DNA from: Octopus sinensis
Taxonomy: Eukaryota
Direction: 5' to 3'
Assembly (NCBI RefSeq): GCF_006345805.1
Contig: NC_043012.1
Coordinates: forward strand, 43,586,001 to 43,650,000
DNA: 64,000 nucleotides
Of the stretch, positions 1-13,829 are shown piece by piece. Position 1 is the first letter of the stretch, and the number at the start of each line of letters is the position of its first letter. The notes beneath the pieces are model-generated. The model made no database searches. It had not been told where the DNA came from and saw only the letters and a program-made list of their open reading frames with translations. The position numbers and the translations under genes were made by a program.

Positions 1-44
1 TTCTCTCTCTCTCAATCTCTCTCTCTCTCGTGCTTTGATAAGAA

Positions 45-206
45 TAATTCGGTCAATATACCTCCCTAGATTGATACTTTATTTTATTGATTCCAAAAAG
101 TTGAAAAGCAAATTTCACCTTCGTGGTAATTGAACTCGGAGCGCAAAGAGTCGGAACAAATGTCGCTAGATATTTTGTTCTATGCTCTAATGACTCTGAC
201 GCCGCC
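45..206 (-). mobile_element. Diverged tRNA-derived SINE (family A)
   Basis: Reverse complement (ggcggcgtcagagtcattagagc...gagttcaattaccacgaaggtg...) aligns by eye with the cleaner copies at 44958 and 62424. Confidence 0.6.
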
Positions 207-1311
207 AAAGTGTGTAAAATATTTTTAGAGTGACATAAAGATCATTAATATTTCTGCAATATTCCCATTAACGTTTAATGGAAGAAATAATTGACTTTTA
301 GGAAAACTCTGTGTTGATTCACCCGTCCTCTCAGTGAAGTCAAAATACCCTTTTCAATTTTATAGTTATTGTCTCGAAACCTTTATGGATTGAATTTCGT
401 TCACTTTCATTTCCCTAAAGGAATCCTTTCATTTGCGAGAATTTCGGGGGAAAATGGACTCCATTTACTTGCCACTGGTATTGTTCAGCATAATGCAAAA
501 ATTAAATTTCCAACCTAACAAATACTTTTTTCTTTCCCTTTAACAGATAATTTTGACATTTGATACTATAAGTAGCATTCTGGTTTCTGTTGCACACACT
601 ACTGCAAATAGCTCACTATTTTTTATTTAGTTTATTATTATTATTTACTTTCTTAATGTTTATTCATCGATCCCTCGGTAAAAACAAAAAGGAAATTTAT
701 GAATCGATCGTTAGCTTTATTTAATAATTTTACCATGATTTTTGGAGTGTGTGTCAAAGGTTAGTTCAATTATGGAACATCAATAGAAAACAAAACCTCA
801 GTAGTAGAGCACATTTCATGAATAGCACTTTTATATTCTTCATGGAGTTATGAATGCAGAGAGAAACAGGATGTGTTATTTGTTTCAACATATAGAACAG
901 AGATGATATCGAACATTAAATATTGAGTTATATATAATCGCTTGTATGTGCGATATCAATACTTTTTAATTCGAGGATTCTCATATGAAAACCTTCAATC
1001 ACTAAAATACATATGTAAAGCAGGTTCCAGTGGTGCGATGTAATATAGTACATTGTATGTATGTGTTTATGTGTGTATATATGTAATACATAATGCATAT
1101 ATATGCTACAAACCAAAACAATTTTATTCGCTTTGCAACATATTTACGCAATGTAGATGAATTAAGCAATACAAAAACGAATGTAAGCATTTTATTACAT
1201 AGTATACTTTGTAAAAGAAAAATTCAGGCGGTTATATTATTTGTGTTTACTGAGTGTAGTGGAACATTTTAACGTGTACATTTGAATCTTATGTATATCT
1301 ACATGTAATAT

Positions 1312-1314
<3 letters not shown>

Positions 1315-1374
<60 letters not shown>

Positions 1375-1422
1375 TTATATATATAATATAATAGTTTGCT
1401 ATACTAACAAATGATAATAATA

Positions 1423-1459
<37 letters not shown>

Positions 1460-1616
1460 CGAAGCAATATATACGTTTGTACTTATGTATCTACATACAC
1501 ACACATACATACATACGTAAACACACACACATACATACGTACATACATACATACATACATACATACATACATACATACATACATACATACATACATACAT
1601 ACATACATACATACAT
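1315..1616. repeat. Compound microsatellite (TA)n/(TAA)n/(CATA)n
   Basis: Directly visible; explains ORFs 1289..1612 and 1483..1719. Confidence 0.95.
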
Positions 1617-3861
1617 TTATTGTCTGAAAATTATTCTGGGTAACAAAGCTACATAAAATGTTTTCAAATTCAATGGCGAGAGAATTCCTATAGAAAATGG
1701 AACTTAAATATAGTTTCAATTTTTATTTAGTTTCGATGATTCATGTAGAAAAGAATTTCTTTGAGAAAAGAAAATATGAAATTATACGTTTTTTTTTTAA
1801 TGTTTCCAAAGTTATGAGTTCTGTACTTGAGTCATTTGCTACATTCTGTTTATTCTTGTGGAACACTTGAGATATATCTATTCCAAGACTTCCAGAATGG
1901 ATTGTATTTAGTGATGCTTGAAACATTATTGAAAATCGTTAGATCAATTTATGTGGATAAATGCATAAACATTCTGGTTAATTGGAGAATACGTGAGTAT
2001 ATGTTGTAAATGCAATGAAGTATGACTTGTTTAATGTATACACTTATTATCTATTTATGCTAACGGTATAGCTTTAGCAATGAGATTGATTAAAAGGGAA
2101 CATTGTAGAACAAATGTCTTTCAGTATTATCTGGATGCCTCATGTTTCTGAAACCTTCAAGTATGACCGTCTGCTTTACAATAAATATATTCCATGGGCG
2201 TTGTTTCCCAAGCGATTTTATCTTTCCCTTACATCTCTCACATCTCCACAAACATCACGGTTTACTTATAAAAAGCATTACTGTTGGCCATAGTCAATAA
2301 AATATAAAACGTGTAATATTTACATGCAATCATTGTACACCTTTCATGCATATATTGACAAAACTATATTTTAGCATATTTTGTATAACACTAACATTTT
2401 GTTCTATTTGAACAGCACTACGTGGGGGGGGGGTGTTACCGTTTATAGCTTGTTACCGTTCATAGCTCTTACTAGGTCTTATAATTATTGTAATAAAGTA
2501 TGAAAACATAATATAAAATGTCACTTGTATGTCGCTGTTACAAAGAATTAATGTGAGGTAAATAACAGAAACCTTGCTTCTATTAATTCATTATTTTATT
2601 GTAATATCCGTTCTACATTGTAATGCACCGTGAACTAAATAAAAACGTTGTTGTTTATTACTATTTATATTGTATGAAAAAGCTTGCAGAAAGCTTTGTT
2701 CGTGAATACTTTCTTTAGTCTTGTAGACGAACTAAATAAAAAATAAAAATATTTACTTTTATGGAAGACTGTAAACTAATTCGAAACTTAGAGGTAGCAG
2801 AAATATATAATCGTTTTAGATTATACCAAGTCAAGAAAGTAAAAGGCCTATATACATTTTCTGCATTCTCCAATTTTGCCTGTCTACAGTCTATTAGATT
2901 CTATTTTACTCTTCACGAGATCAATGAAAGAAGTAGAGACATGTTCAGTGGTTCAATCACTTCACGTTACACCTCAAAAATATGCAAGTAAAAAACTATT
3001 AAACTCTTAAAATTGTTTTCTTCCACGTGTATTGTCTTTGACAGAAAAGTGTAAACTAATTGGTAACACCCACAAAATTTTACAAAGAAACTCAAATAAT
3101 CACGTGTCCATACAGACACAAACAATTTACCTAACATCTTTTTTAATTACTATTGTATTTTGGCAAACTATTTGGTACTTATCAGTGTTTTATGAGATAA
3201 AAGGCACTTTTCAAACAAATGAGGTGGTGGGAACATCAAAGGCTATGAAATAAATATTCGAAGACTCACGTCTGCAATCAAATCTTATTTCCGTTATACT
3301 CTCATGTCTTTCAAAAGACATAATATAATTCTGTTTTTCCTAGAGTTAATCTCTGCTATGGAAAGTGATTAATTAAACTCCTGTGATCCGCGATTACGCC
3401 TTAGAAGGCGCAACTTCGTTCGTCTAAATACTTGACAGATATAAAAGCGTCAATTAGCAGGTCGCAAACATAAAACGATGTGATCATCTCCTTTTGCTTC
3501 TTTCAGGGGTTCTGTCAAGTAAAAATCACTCGTTGTTTTAAAGGGTTGATTTACAATATTAGTGTGCATACAAATATGCATATATTCTCGCGCACCTGCT
3601 TACAAAGAAAAACCTGCCACTCACACACTTATATTTAGGAGATAGTAGATTGAGAGACAAAGCCATTTTAGTTAATCTCAGAGCGGTATTCAAAGACTGA
3701 GTGTCTTCAATGATTCAGCAAATAGGTAATGCTATTTAAACCTTAAATAGACCTTAAATATACCATATAAAGAAATTATGGAATGTTTACTGTAAGTTCG
3801 ATATCAGGCGCTATTGAAGTAAGGAGAGTTTAATCGAACTGTATATATATATACATATATA

Positions 3862-4063
3862 TAGGGAGAATTCACAAAAAAAGCCCCAAAGAACGAAGAC
3901 AGGTGGTGTAGACAACAAACAGATTAGTATAACGCTCAGGAAATGAAAAAGTCTTTAACTTTTCGAGCCTACTCTCTTCCACAGAAAGGAACACAGAAAG
4001 AAACAAGGAGAGAAAATAAAGAATGTGTAGTGGCTAGCGATCTATCATGGCGAAATACATGCA
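3862..4063 (-). mobile_element. Penelope-like pseudo-LTR fragment with variant hammerhead motif
   Basis: Reverse complement is homologous to 20610-20790 and contains ctttCTGTGGAagagagtaggctcGAAAagttaaag (3953-3988). Confidence 0.6.
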
Positions 4064-4275
4064 TATATGGGTACAGGAAGTCACCAACGGTGCAAATAAC
4101 ATGAAATGCGTAAACGAACGAGTAAAATAGTAAAGAACGAGAAAAAATGGAAATAATTGAGATGGTAAACGTTTTTAATTTTCATTCCTTTCAAAAATTT
4201 ATCCTCATTTGGTGGTTTTGAGTTTTCTACTACTCTTTCTAGCACAAGGCTTTCCTATTTGGAAGCCTCTTATTG

Positions 4276-4343
<68 letters not shown>

Positions 4344-4477
4344 AATATACATAAATTTAGATTCAGATGAATCTAAATTAATTTGAGGAACCAGGATAGA
4401 GTATGGTATTATCCATACAATTTCAAAATAAGGTTATTAAAATCAAAATAAGCAACAAGGATGTCCTGTGGATATCT

Positions 4478-4830
4478 TGCATGTCCGAGACCATCATTTA
4501 CGAAGCCACTAAGGACACAGCTTCGACGAAGAAATACGTGGGCCTTACAGAAGGTAATTTCAAGGAGAGGTTCAATAATCACACCTTGAGCTTCAGGCAC
4601 TGGGATAAAAGGAAAATGACCAAATTATCCAGTCATATATGGTCCTTAAAAGATAAAGGTGTCAGTTACAACATCCATTGCAAGATCTTGGCCAAGTGTA
4701 AGCCCTACACCAACGGCAGTGGAAAGTGCGGTCTTTGTGATATGGAAAGATGGCTCATCTGGAAAAGCAGCTTAGAAACCCGCTACATGTCTGAATTCAA
4801 GAACTGAACTGTGGCCAAATATTTGTTACG
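4478..4830 (+). pseudogene. Penelope-like element GIY-YIG endonuclease 3' fragment
   Basis: ORF 4403..4807 reads IIYEAT...KYVGLTEGNFKERFNNHTLSF...LSSHIWSLKDK...CGLCDME, matching the PLE GIY-YIG C-terminal pattern. Confidence 0.85.
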
Positions 4831-5742
4831 TTTTTGGTCCCCCCCCGAGACTACAGACAGAACTTGCTTTCTATATTGAGTCCACGCACAAGATTTTTAT
4901 TTCTTTATACCTTTTACTCATATTTCTTATATATTTTTATTTTTATTTATATCTTTTATATATATATTTTTCTTACATATTTATAGAGATATTGGTTTAT
5001 AGATTTATTGCTTATATATTCTTTACACATAATTTTTCTGTATTCTACCTTCCACCCTACATTTTTCCTTATGTGTATATATATACGTGTATATGGAATC
5101 TTTAATGCGCGCGTGTGTATGTGTGCATGTGTGCGTGCATGCAAGTACGTGCGTATATAGATGTAATTTACTCAATGTTTTTACACATTTTCCTGTATTT
5201 TTGCCTTTAGCACTGTTTTTTCTTGTCTTTGTGAGCATATAGACGTATGTATGATTTTTTGTGCACGTGTGTGTGTGTACGGGTATGTGCGTGCATAAGC
5301 GTGTGTGTGCGCGTGCATAAGGGTATGTGCGTATATAGACGTGTATACTCCCTTATATCTTTTTTGAATTATTACCCATAGCCTTGTTTTTTCTTGTGCT
5401 TGTGCGTATATAGACGTGTGTATGAACCTTTATGGTGCGCGTGAGTGTGTGTGGGTTTGTATGTATATACGTATACATTTGGCGAATGGTGCGAGTGAAG
5501 ATATGTACGTTTTCAAGTGAGGGTAGATGAATGTATACTTTTAGGCGCACGCACGTAGGTGTGCGGGTGCGCATGTGTAGGTATGAACATGCGCGCTTAC
5601 GCGATACTATGAACCTTTTACGCCTTACTTTTACTCCCTCCCCTCACTTAGCGGTCCTTCAAATAGCTCTTTTGTCTTAATAACGGTCAATCACACAGTA
5701 ATTTCCCTTTGTATAACGGTCATTTTCATAGCATTTTCCCGA

Positions 5743-5815
5743 TGGCCGGTAACTGAAGAGATGGCGGCGTGGATTTCCACCTCGACATCCGAAACTCAGA
5801 GTTTTATCATGGCTA
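5743..5815 (+). ncRNA. Type I hammerhead ribozyme-like motif (PLE-associated)
   Basis: CTGAAGA core at 5753; stem II gatg/catc enclosing gtgg/ccac; GAAA at 5791; palindromic stem III ctc-a-gag; GTT cleavage triplet; stem I ggtaa/ttatc extended by tggcc/ggcta. Confidence 0.6.
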
Positions 5816-6103
5816 ACGAATAATTGTCACCTATTACATTTACATATATATATATATATATATATCTTTTAAACTCGTTTATTGAAACATTAGGGGTATG
5901 TAAATAAAGCTCCTATTTCATTATGACGAGTGGGTTGTACCGATTTCATGTAGCATAAACATAATAATAACAATTATTCTAGGATAGAATTTATAAATAT
6001 CTAACACATCTCTACGCACGTTTCCACAACCACATGAATTTAATGCCAGAGTCTGTATCCTTGGGAGTAGTACACTATAGTCCGTATTATCCGATTCATT
6101 CAC

Positions 6104-6141
<38 letters not shown>

Positions 6142-6155
6142 CACTCGATGCAAAC

Positions 6156-6310
6156 GCATGGCTCAGTGGTTGTAGTGTCGGGCTCACAATCATGAGTTAG
6201 TGAGTTCAATTCACAGACTGGGTTGTGCCTTGTGTTCCGGAGCGAGACATTATTTCACGTTGCTCTACATCACTCAACTGTAGAAATGAGTTGAGACGTC
6301 ATTGGTACAC
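6156..6310 (+). mobile_element. tRNA-derived SINE fragment
   Basis: A-box-like tggctcagtgg (6159) and B-box-like gagttcaattc (6202), followed by a non-tRNA body. Confidence 0.65.
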
Positions 6311-7231
6311 TTTTGTGCTCTTCAGCATTATTCATCTATACGAGCTTCTTCCTCGAGTCGAAATGTTGTGGCTTTCTACAATATATCCATGTTAAGATAT
6401 AGAGAATGCGATTAAGTACTTTCCTGTTATATAATCATCTTCAGGTTGTAGCTGCATAAACGTTTGAAACGGAACTTCAAACCCTCTCAAACCAATAAGA
6501 TCAATACGTGCGTATGTGTGTGCATACATGCACTCACGCACGCGCGCAGACACACACACACAATGTATACCCATTATGGACTATAGATATTTTCAATTAA
6601 AGCAGAATATATTTTATTATTTCGTTTATAAGTTTTCAGTGTAAGTATAAACGTTCGCTTTATTTCACATGGTTCTTTTTTATTTTAAGAAATGTGACTT
6701 CAACAAAATTCGCTCAAAACAATATTAAATTACTAAAGGCCATGTGTATGCCATTGATATTTTGGGTATTTCCAATATACTCAATAAAGTGAAATGAAAG
6801 CCAAAGCCAAACGGTCAGCAGTGTTTATGCAGTGTATATCGAACAGTTGGTCAATCTCCTACATATGCTCTTTACATTTCTGTGTACATCAAAACGGTTT
6901 TGTTTCGTATTGTTAATAATTAATATTTTATTGTACACTTGTTTATGTGTTCAAAGTACCACTTATTAATTCAGATTTATTGAAGAAAATTCTTCTCTCA
7001 CTCGTATATTTTTAAGTATGTTTCATCACTTTGCTATCCTTAACGTTTTTCTTTATTACATATGTTATATTTGTGTGGAAGGGAATAATGACTACTGAAA
7101 GCTTATGCTTAAAACAATGTTGAGCAATTCTTGTTTAAAAAAAATAATAGACACAATATTTTTCTATCTTTCAACTTTACTTATCTTTCAGACTAGCAAT
7201 TGAAACAAAGCACATACACACACATATACAT

Positions 7232-7262
<31 letters not shown>

Positions 7263-7726
7263 CGGTATGTATTCTACGTGTGTGTCTGTATGAATTTAAA
7301 TCTAGTAATATTACTGTATGTATTAATAAAATGTTATATACATCCTAGAAACGTCAACGATATACATTCTTTTAAGTACAGGAAATTGAAAATGTAATTA
7401 CCCATGCACACTTATATATTCGAATATCAATAATGTCCCCAAGTTTCTTTTTCTTCAATTTTGTTTCTGAGTTTCTTCAGTTATTACGCAGCTATACGGT
7501 TAAATATTGTCTGCTTTTGTCGTGGAGATAACCAGGAAATGAATCGGTGCGAGTCACAACTTCAATTTCCTCTAATAATAGCAAACACCAAAGGAGAATA
7601 AAAAATATTATATTCATCTCTTGAGAATTTTACTGATTCATGTATACATATATGACCAGACATACACACAAACATATAACTATACATAATAACATATAGA
7701 TAGAGGGATAAATAAGTAGGTACGTA

Positions 7727-7862
<136 letters not shown>

Positions 7863-8186
7863 AGCTTACTTAATTTCGGTTCTCTTCCACAGAGAGACAG
7901 TTAGACCGCCGAAAGCTGATAAATTGAAATCGATAAACCAAGTGCCTGATTGAAATGATTATGAATCACTGAATTAAATCGGTTGAAAAAAGTATATAAA
8001 TACATTGATGAGTATAAAAATACCTCCCTTACTTAGAGAACAACGGGTTGATAAACGCATTGTACTACCCTGTCTTTCACTGAACAAATCTGATTTTCCT
8101 GAGCGTTTACTTCAGAAGTATACAATTTCTAAGCGCAGAAGAATTCTAAATTTACCCTAAAATGAATTGTAAACTAATGCAAAAAA

Positions 8187-9570
8187 TCTATAAAATAAAT
8201 TGGACATGGGCGATCGTTTTATTCTTTCTTGTCTTGCGATTCACAGCCAAACGGCTGGGTAGATTCGCACACATGAAAAATGGCACACATGTGGAGACGG
8301 GTGCATAGATTGGAATGCGGTTTGTATTTGTTTCCTAGCCCCCATAGCTTTAATCGAGAAAATCGATTAAAACTTTTTACTAATGGAATTCCCCCGTCAT
8401 TAAAACAACCAGTTGCTCACACAGCCGATATATACCATTTCGCTACCAACAAGAGGAGTACAGGATGACAATTAGCCAAAGCCATTCATACATACATACA
8501 TACATACATACATGCATACATACATACATACATACATACATACATACATACGTGCGTACATACATACATACATACATACATACATACATACATAACATCT
8601 TTTCTCTGACAGTCACTCACATATTCACTCACTACAAAAAGTGAATAACAAAATTACAGTTAACGCTCGGTCATACATAGATACATACATCTATGCATAC
8701 ATACATACATACATACATACATAACAACCTGCGTGCGCGCGCGCGTGTGTGTGTCACTGAAGCCATTCATACATACATGACCTCTCTCTCTCTCTCGCTT
8801 TTTCTCTGTCAATCACTCACACATTCACTCACTACAAAAAGTGAATAAAACATTTCAGTTATCTCTGTTTCTTACTCTCTCTCTTACTCTCTCTCTCTCT
8901 CACATACACACACACCAGCAACATTACTCTCCCTGTCTCTTCACACACACTAACAAAAGCAATTCACACACACACCACACATTCTATCTCGCACACCCCA
9001 TCAAGCACACACACACATACACACACACATACTCTCTCTCTCACACACTCACACACACGCACGCGCATCAATTCTTTCGCTTCACGCCAACTTTAAAAGA
9101 ATTTCACTCATATAATCGCGCTCTCTCTCTGTCTCTTTCGCTTTCACGCCAACTTCAAAAGATTCCCTTTCCACCCAACCCCATATTAAAAAAATAATAA
9201 TAATTATTTTACGGAAACCGACGATCATCTTCAAAATTGTAAATAAACACACGTGGTTTATAAGTGGTTTGTAAGTGACAGTCGTGTGTTCCCATATAGA
9301 AAGATCGCCCAATGTTTTAATAATTAGACAGAGATCCAATAGAATAGCTCTCAGAAACTGACTACGTACAAATTCGTTCTTCACAACTCCTGAAGCTGTT
9401 TTCTGACAAGGGGTGGGGTCAGGAAATGTTTATACAGCTGGAGGCTCCAATCGAAACGGGGGACCAGAAATGATAAGGTTGAGAAACGCTGTTATAGATT
9501 ATGCCTAACCGAAAACGATCACAGCCACATCATCCAAACAGACCGGGTGAAACCGGGCTTAGCTGCTAGT
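8187..9570 (+). mobile_element. Putative non-autonomous Helitron-like element with internal microsatellites
   Basis: 3' end ccgggtgaaaccggg...gCTAGt (GC-rich subterminal motif plus CTAG); internal (CATA)n, (CT)n and (CA)n tracts and a duplicated block. The 5' boundary is uncertain. Confidence 0.4.
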
Positions 9571-11096
9571 ATTTATATAAAAACAAGTTTCTACCACATA
9601 AATACGAAATGAAATAGACTGTTAATATGGGCACTAAACTGCCATGCTAAACATATGCTAGGATTTTATGGGAGCAGTGGACAAACATTGACTATTTTTA
9701 CTAAATGTACTCTCCGATCAAACTCTCAAAGACTGATTTTGTCAGAGATAAATCTATCCCAAACAACTCAAAAATGCTAATGAACCACTTTGCGAGCACG
9801 GGACTACAAGTAATACGAAGCAGCTGGGGGCGTGGACTTCTCTGACATAACCAATAGTTTCTAACACGTGTGTGGAAGAGAACTGAAAAACATTTTTGTA
9901 TTTTATATATCCTTTTCATTTTTGTAAGTTTTATTATACCTCGAGTTTATTTCTGTATAATAACTTATTTTTATAAACTTTTATTCTGTACCCATATAAT
10001 CATATCAGGTTTTTCGTCCATGTCCTTCGTCTTTCTATAGATTTGTTAATCTATTGAACACGTCTTTGTAAACGCTTTAATACTCATCTTATATATCTTG
10101 TGGCTAATAAAGAAAAGGTTTTTATTGTTGTGGTTGTCGTTGATATCTATTGACAGTGCAGCATCTTGTCGTTCGCTCTCCACAAACTCACTACAGAAAG
10201 CGTATTTATTAGTTGCTTTGCTTGTGTGACGACCAGCAGCCATCAGAGCCAGTTCAGTTTCATTTTTGCCTTTTTCACATGGTAAAATTTTTGCTCATCA
10301 AATAAGAGATAAAAGGAGTTTCGCCGAAAGAAAAAAACTCCATAAAATGATGAACTGTTGGTACAAAGAAATAACAACCTTCGTCTACCAAAAATGAAGA
10401 ACCTCTTTCCAGAGGAAACAGGAGAATTCTTCCTCGGATTAATGCTGTGACATCTTTGGGAAGCTGAACGAAAACATAAGTACTACAATTCATTGTTTTT
10501 GTCTCTCGACCTCAAAATATCATTATTTCATATTGATTATTTGACTGTTCAAAATCGAAGTTTTGTCTGGTAGCGTGACTACCTGGAAAAGGATCTCAGG
10601 CAACCTAAGACTGTAATTGTATTGACAACAATACAGTTTTTTCTGACTCTCAGGGCCTCGTAATACTCCCGTCCGATGAGAAACTGTGTGCATTTTTTAG
10701 TAGGCTTAGATTTAATTGGGAGTCTATTGCTTAGAAAGGAATAAGTCATTCTTCTCTAACCCAAAAGATGTGAGTTAAGGTCTTAGTTCCAATCCAGCTG
10801 TTTAGATATCATAAAAAAAGAATCTAATCGCTGAAAGCACTAAGATTCTCTCTTTACACTTGTAATTAACTATTAAGGAATAATATATACTGTTTCCTTG
10901 CGTTGTGGCAAGTCTATAAATTTGTAGGAAGAATTTAAAATTCCCCCAATACGCTCTACTGCTTTTGCCATTTTTCTTGCTTTCAAAACATTCATGTATG
11001 CATACATACATACATGAATACATAGATACATATATGCATATATGCATACATACACACACACACACACACACACACATATATTTACACATGTATATA

Positions 11097-11138
<42 letters not shown>

Positions 11139-13133
11139 TATATGTTCGTGTGTGTATATATATATGGAGATGTTGGTAAGATGTTCAGTGTTGATATCCA
11201 ACAATAAAATCATCTCCCTGTTGTAAAAAAGACACCATTTAGAATCCTTTGAGGTATCAAAATTTGTTAATGAAAAAGACAAGATAAATGGCTGAAAGTA
11301 TTTTCTTTAGATCATAAGTTTCAATGTATGTAAAATATTTCGGCATTCTTACACGAAAGGATAACTCTGCCTTGTTTGTGGAATGAAATTCCTTTATGTT
11401 ATAAAAGATTTTACTATACAGCCTATAAGTATTCTGACCAGTTGCTTAATGTATCCCTGATCTTTGTCGACAATTATCTGATCATCCCTTTTGAATTTTC
11501 TCTTTGACCTAAATGCATTTTCCCCTATTGAACTTTCTAATATTGTTTGTATATTTATGGGGTTTTGTATATAATCTTTAACTTAATTTACAAATGTTAA
11601 TAGTATTCTAATTATATAATTGGAATATACACCTTAATATTTTATTAATTTATAATATCCACCCGATTGAATTATCAGAAGTTTGCATATTTCTCTTTAG
11701 TTTATGTAGGTGTAGAACTCATGAATCTAAAATATGTTGTTGCCCTGCATCAAACGAGCTAATAGAAATTTGAATATCTGCACTTTACAAACTACATTTC
11801 ACATCTACAATAAACATAATGTCTAAAGTATTTGGAGTTAGATTTTCAAATCAAGCATTAAATAATAACGATGTTATTAAATAATAACGATGTTGAGAAA
11901 CGCTGTTATAGATTATGCCTAACCGAAAACGATCACAGCCACATCATCCAAACAGACTAAGTAGCAAGGCTACACAGCTGAAGGAGAAATAATAAAAATG
12001 TCTAATATTTTTGCTTTTTTAAATAGCGGCAAAGATAAAGATTTATTCAATCAGCTATGTAGAATAGTAATTTAGAAAAAAATTCTATTCATTTAGCTTC
12101 ATATGTATTTAAAACATATATCTATGTCGGTGTGTGCATAATAACCCAGAAAATAATGTAACTAATTACTAAATCGCAATTATATGATATTCTAAATCGT
12201 AATTGCACGATATATTTAAAATAATTTGCTTCTTATCAGTGAGATATTGAGACCAAGAAATACATGTTTGTAAAGCAATTTTATACAACTGTCAAATATT
12301 TTCAGCGATAAGATTCATGTTTTAAATAATATCATTATTCATAAAAAATAGTCTCAGTATGATAAATTAATTGGTAAGTAAATATTTGTACTAGTTATTA
12401 ATAATTCTGCAAAAATTATGTCTAACAAAAAAGCTTCAATTTCTGTCACAAACTGTCTGTGGAAAAAAATCATAAATTGAAGAAACAAGGTTTGTGGTGA
12501 GATTCAAAATATGAGGAGAAAGTACAAACAGGATCCAGTATAGACTACAAAATAGTCTGTTAACAAGACTATTGCTACTTTTTTGCAGCTAAATAGTATT
12601 TCACACTCAATAAAAATTCAAAAATGTTTTTCTCGTGTAGATAATAGTTAAATGATTATTTGGATATCCAACGTATTTTAGTGGTTTTTACTTTCATGAG
12701 TCTATAATTTTGTGGCTGATAAAGTTAACTTTTCTTAGATAAATAAAAATTCTCCTTCATGCATTTGGTACTCTTGTGATTATACGTTACAGAAAAACGA
12801 GTTTTTTGATAACCAATTTAAGTGAATTCTCATTCAAGAATGGTAAGCGTTTATATAAATATGTATATATGAGTGTTTATAAGTGCGTATATGTGTGCCT
12901 GTGTGTGAGCGCGCGTACCTGACGCATGCGTATGCACGTACGCATATGTCTAACGTATCTGTGCATGTATATATGGATGCGTACTGGACTTCCTTTCCAT
13001 TTAATTTGCGCGGTTTGCAGTTTTAATAAAAGCATATTATCTACTTTCGGAATTCTAGTATTATATTTTCCACCTTGTTTTGCACATAAGTGCATATTCG
13101 CGCGCGCGAGCGAATATATATATACATATATAC

Positions 13134-13167
<34 letters not shown>

Positions 13168-13829
13168 TAAATGTTATTTTGTTAAGGTTATTATTACAGA
13201 TATTCTAAAGAAATTATAACCAGCGCCGATTTTCTTGCTACAGCGTTTCGTATCGAGACGTCAGATGTAAATAAACAATGAGATCAACGACAAAAATAAT
13301 GGGTAATGAGCGTATACGCCATATTCTGGATCTGGTATGTAAATATTAAGCACTTGTAGGTAAGTGATATTTCGTTATGCAACCATAATATACTATAAAG
13401 TATATTAAATGGTTTTAAATGTGAAATCTCGTTGTTTGTTTACAATTGATGTCTTGATACGGAACGTTCTAGCAAGAATTCAGTGCTGGCTGAAATTTCT
13501 AGAGACTATCTGTAGAAATGACCTTAACAAAATACTGTAAAACGCACTTCTAACGCAGTAGAGCGTGGTGTTGACTTATAAAACCATTTACTATACTTTA
13601 TAGTATATTATGGTTGCATAACGAAATACCACGTACCTAGAAGTCACTAGCATATAAACGGTAAAAGTTAAAATGGTGAAGTGTATTGTATATATATATA
13701 TATATATATAATTCCACATATCAAAACACAACTCTACAATACTACTAAATGAATATACTGAAGCACTAGCTACATGCAAACACCGCTTTCTTCATACCTT
13801 CAAATTTTACGACAGATCTGAATGTAATC

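Noticed and set aside
1827-2009. DFQNGLYLVMLETLL resembling a calponin-homology helix, ending at a gtgagt donor
   Set aside because: The motif spacing does not fit the CH consensus and no other CH segments were found.
4354-4379. Perfect 12-bp-arm palindrome aatttagattca-ga-tgaatctaaatt
   Set aside because: Short, AT-rich and isolated; no functional context can be supported.
6156-6230. tRNA gene
   Set aside because: A and B boxes are present but there is no full cloverleaf, and it continues into a SINE body; the same holds for the other SINE heads.
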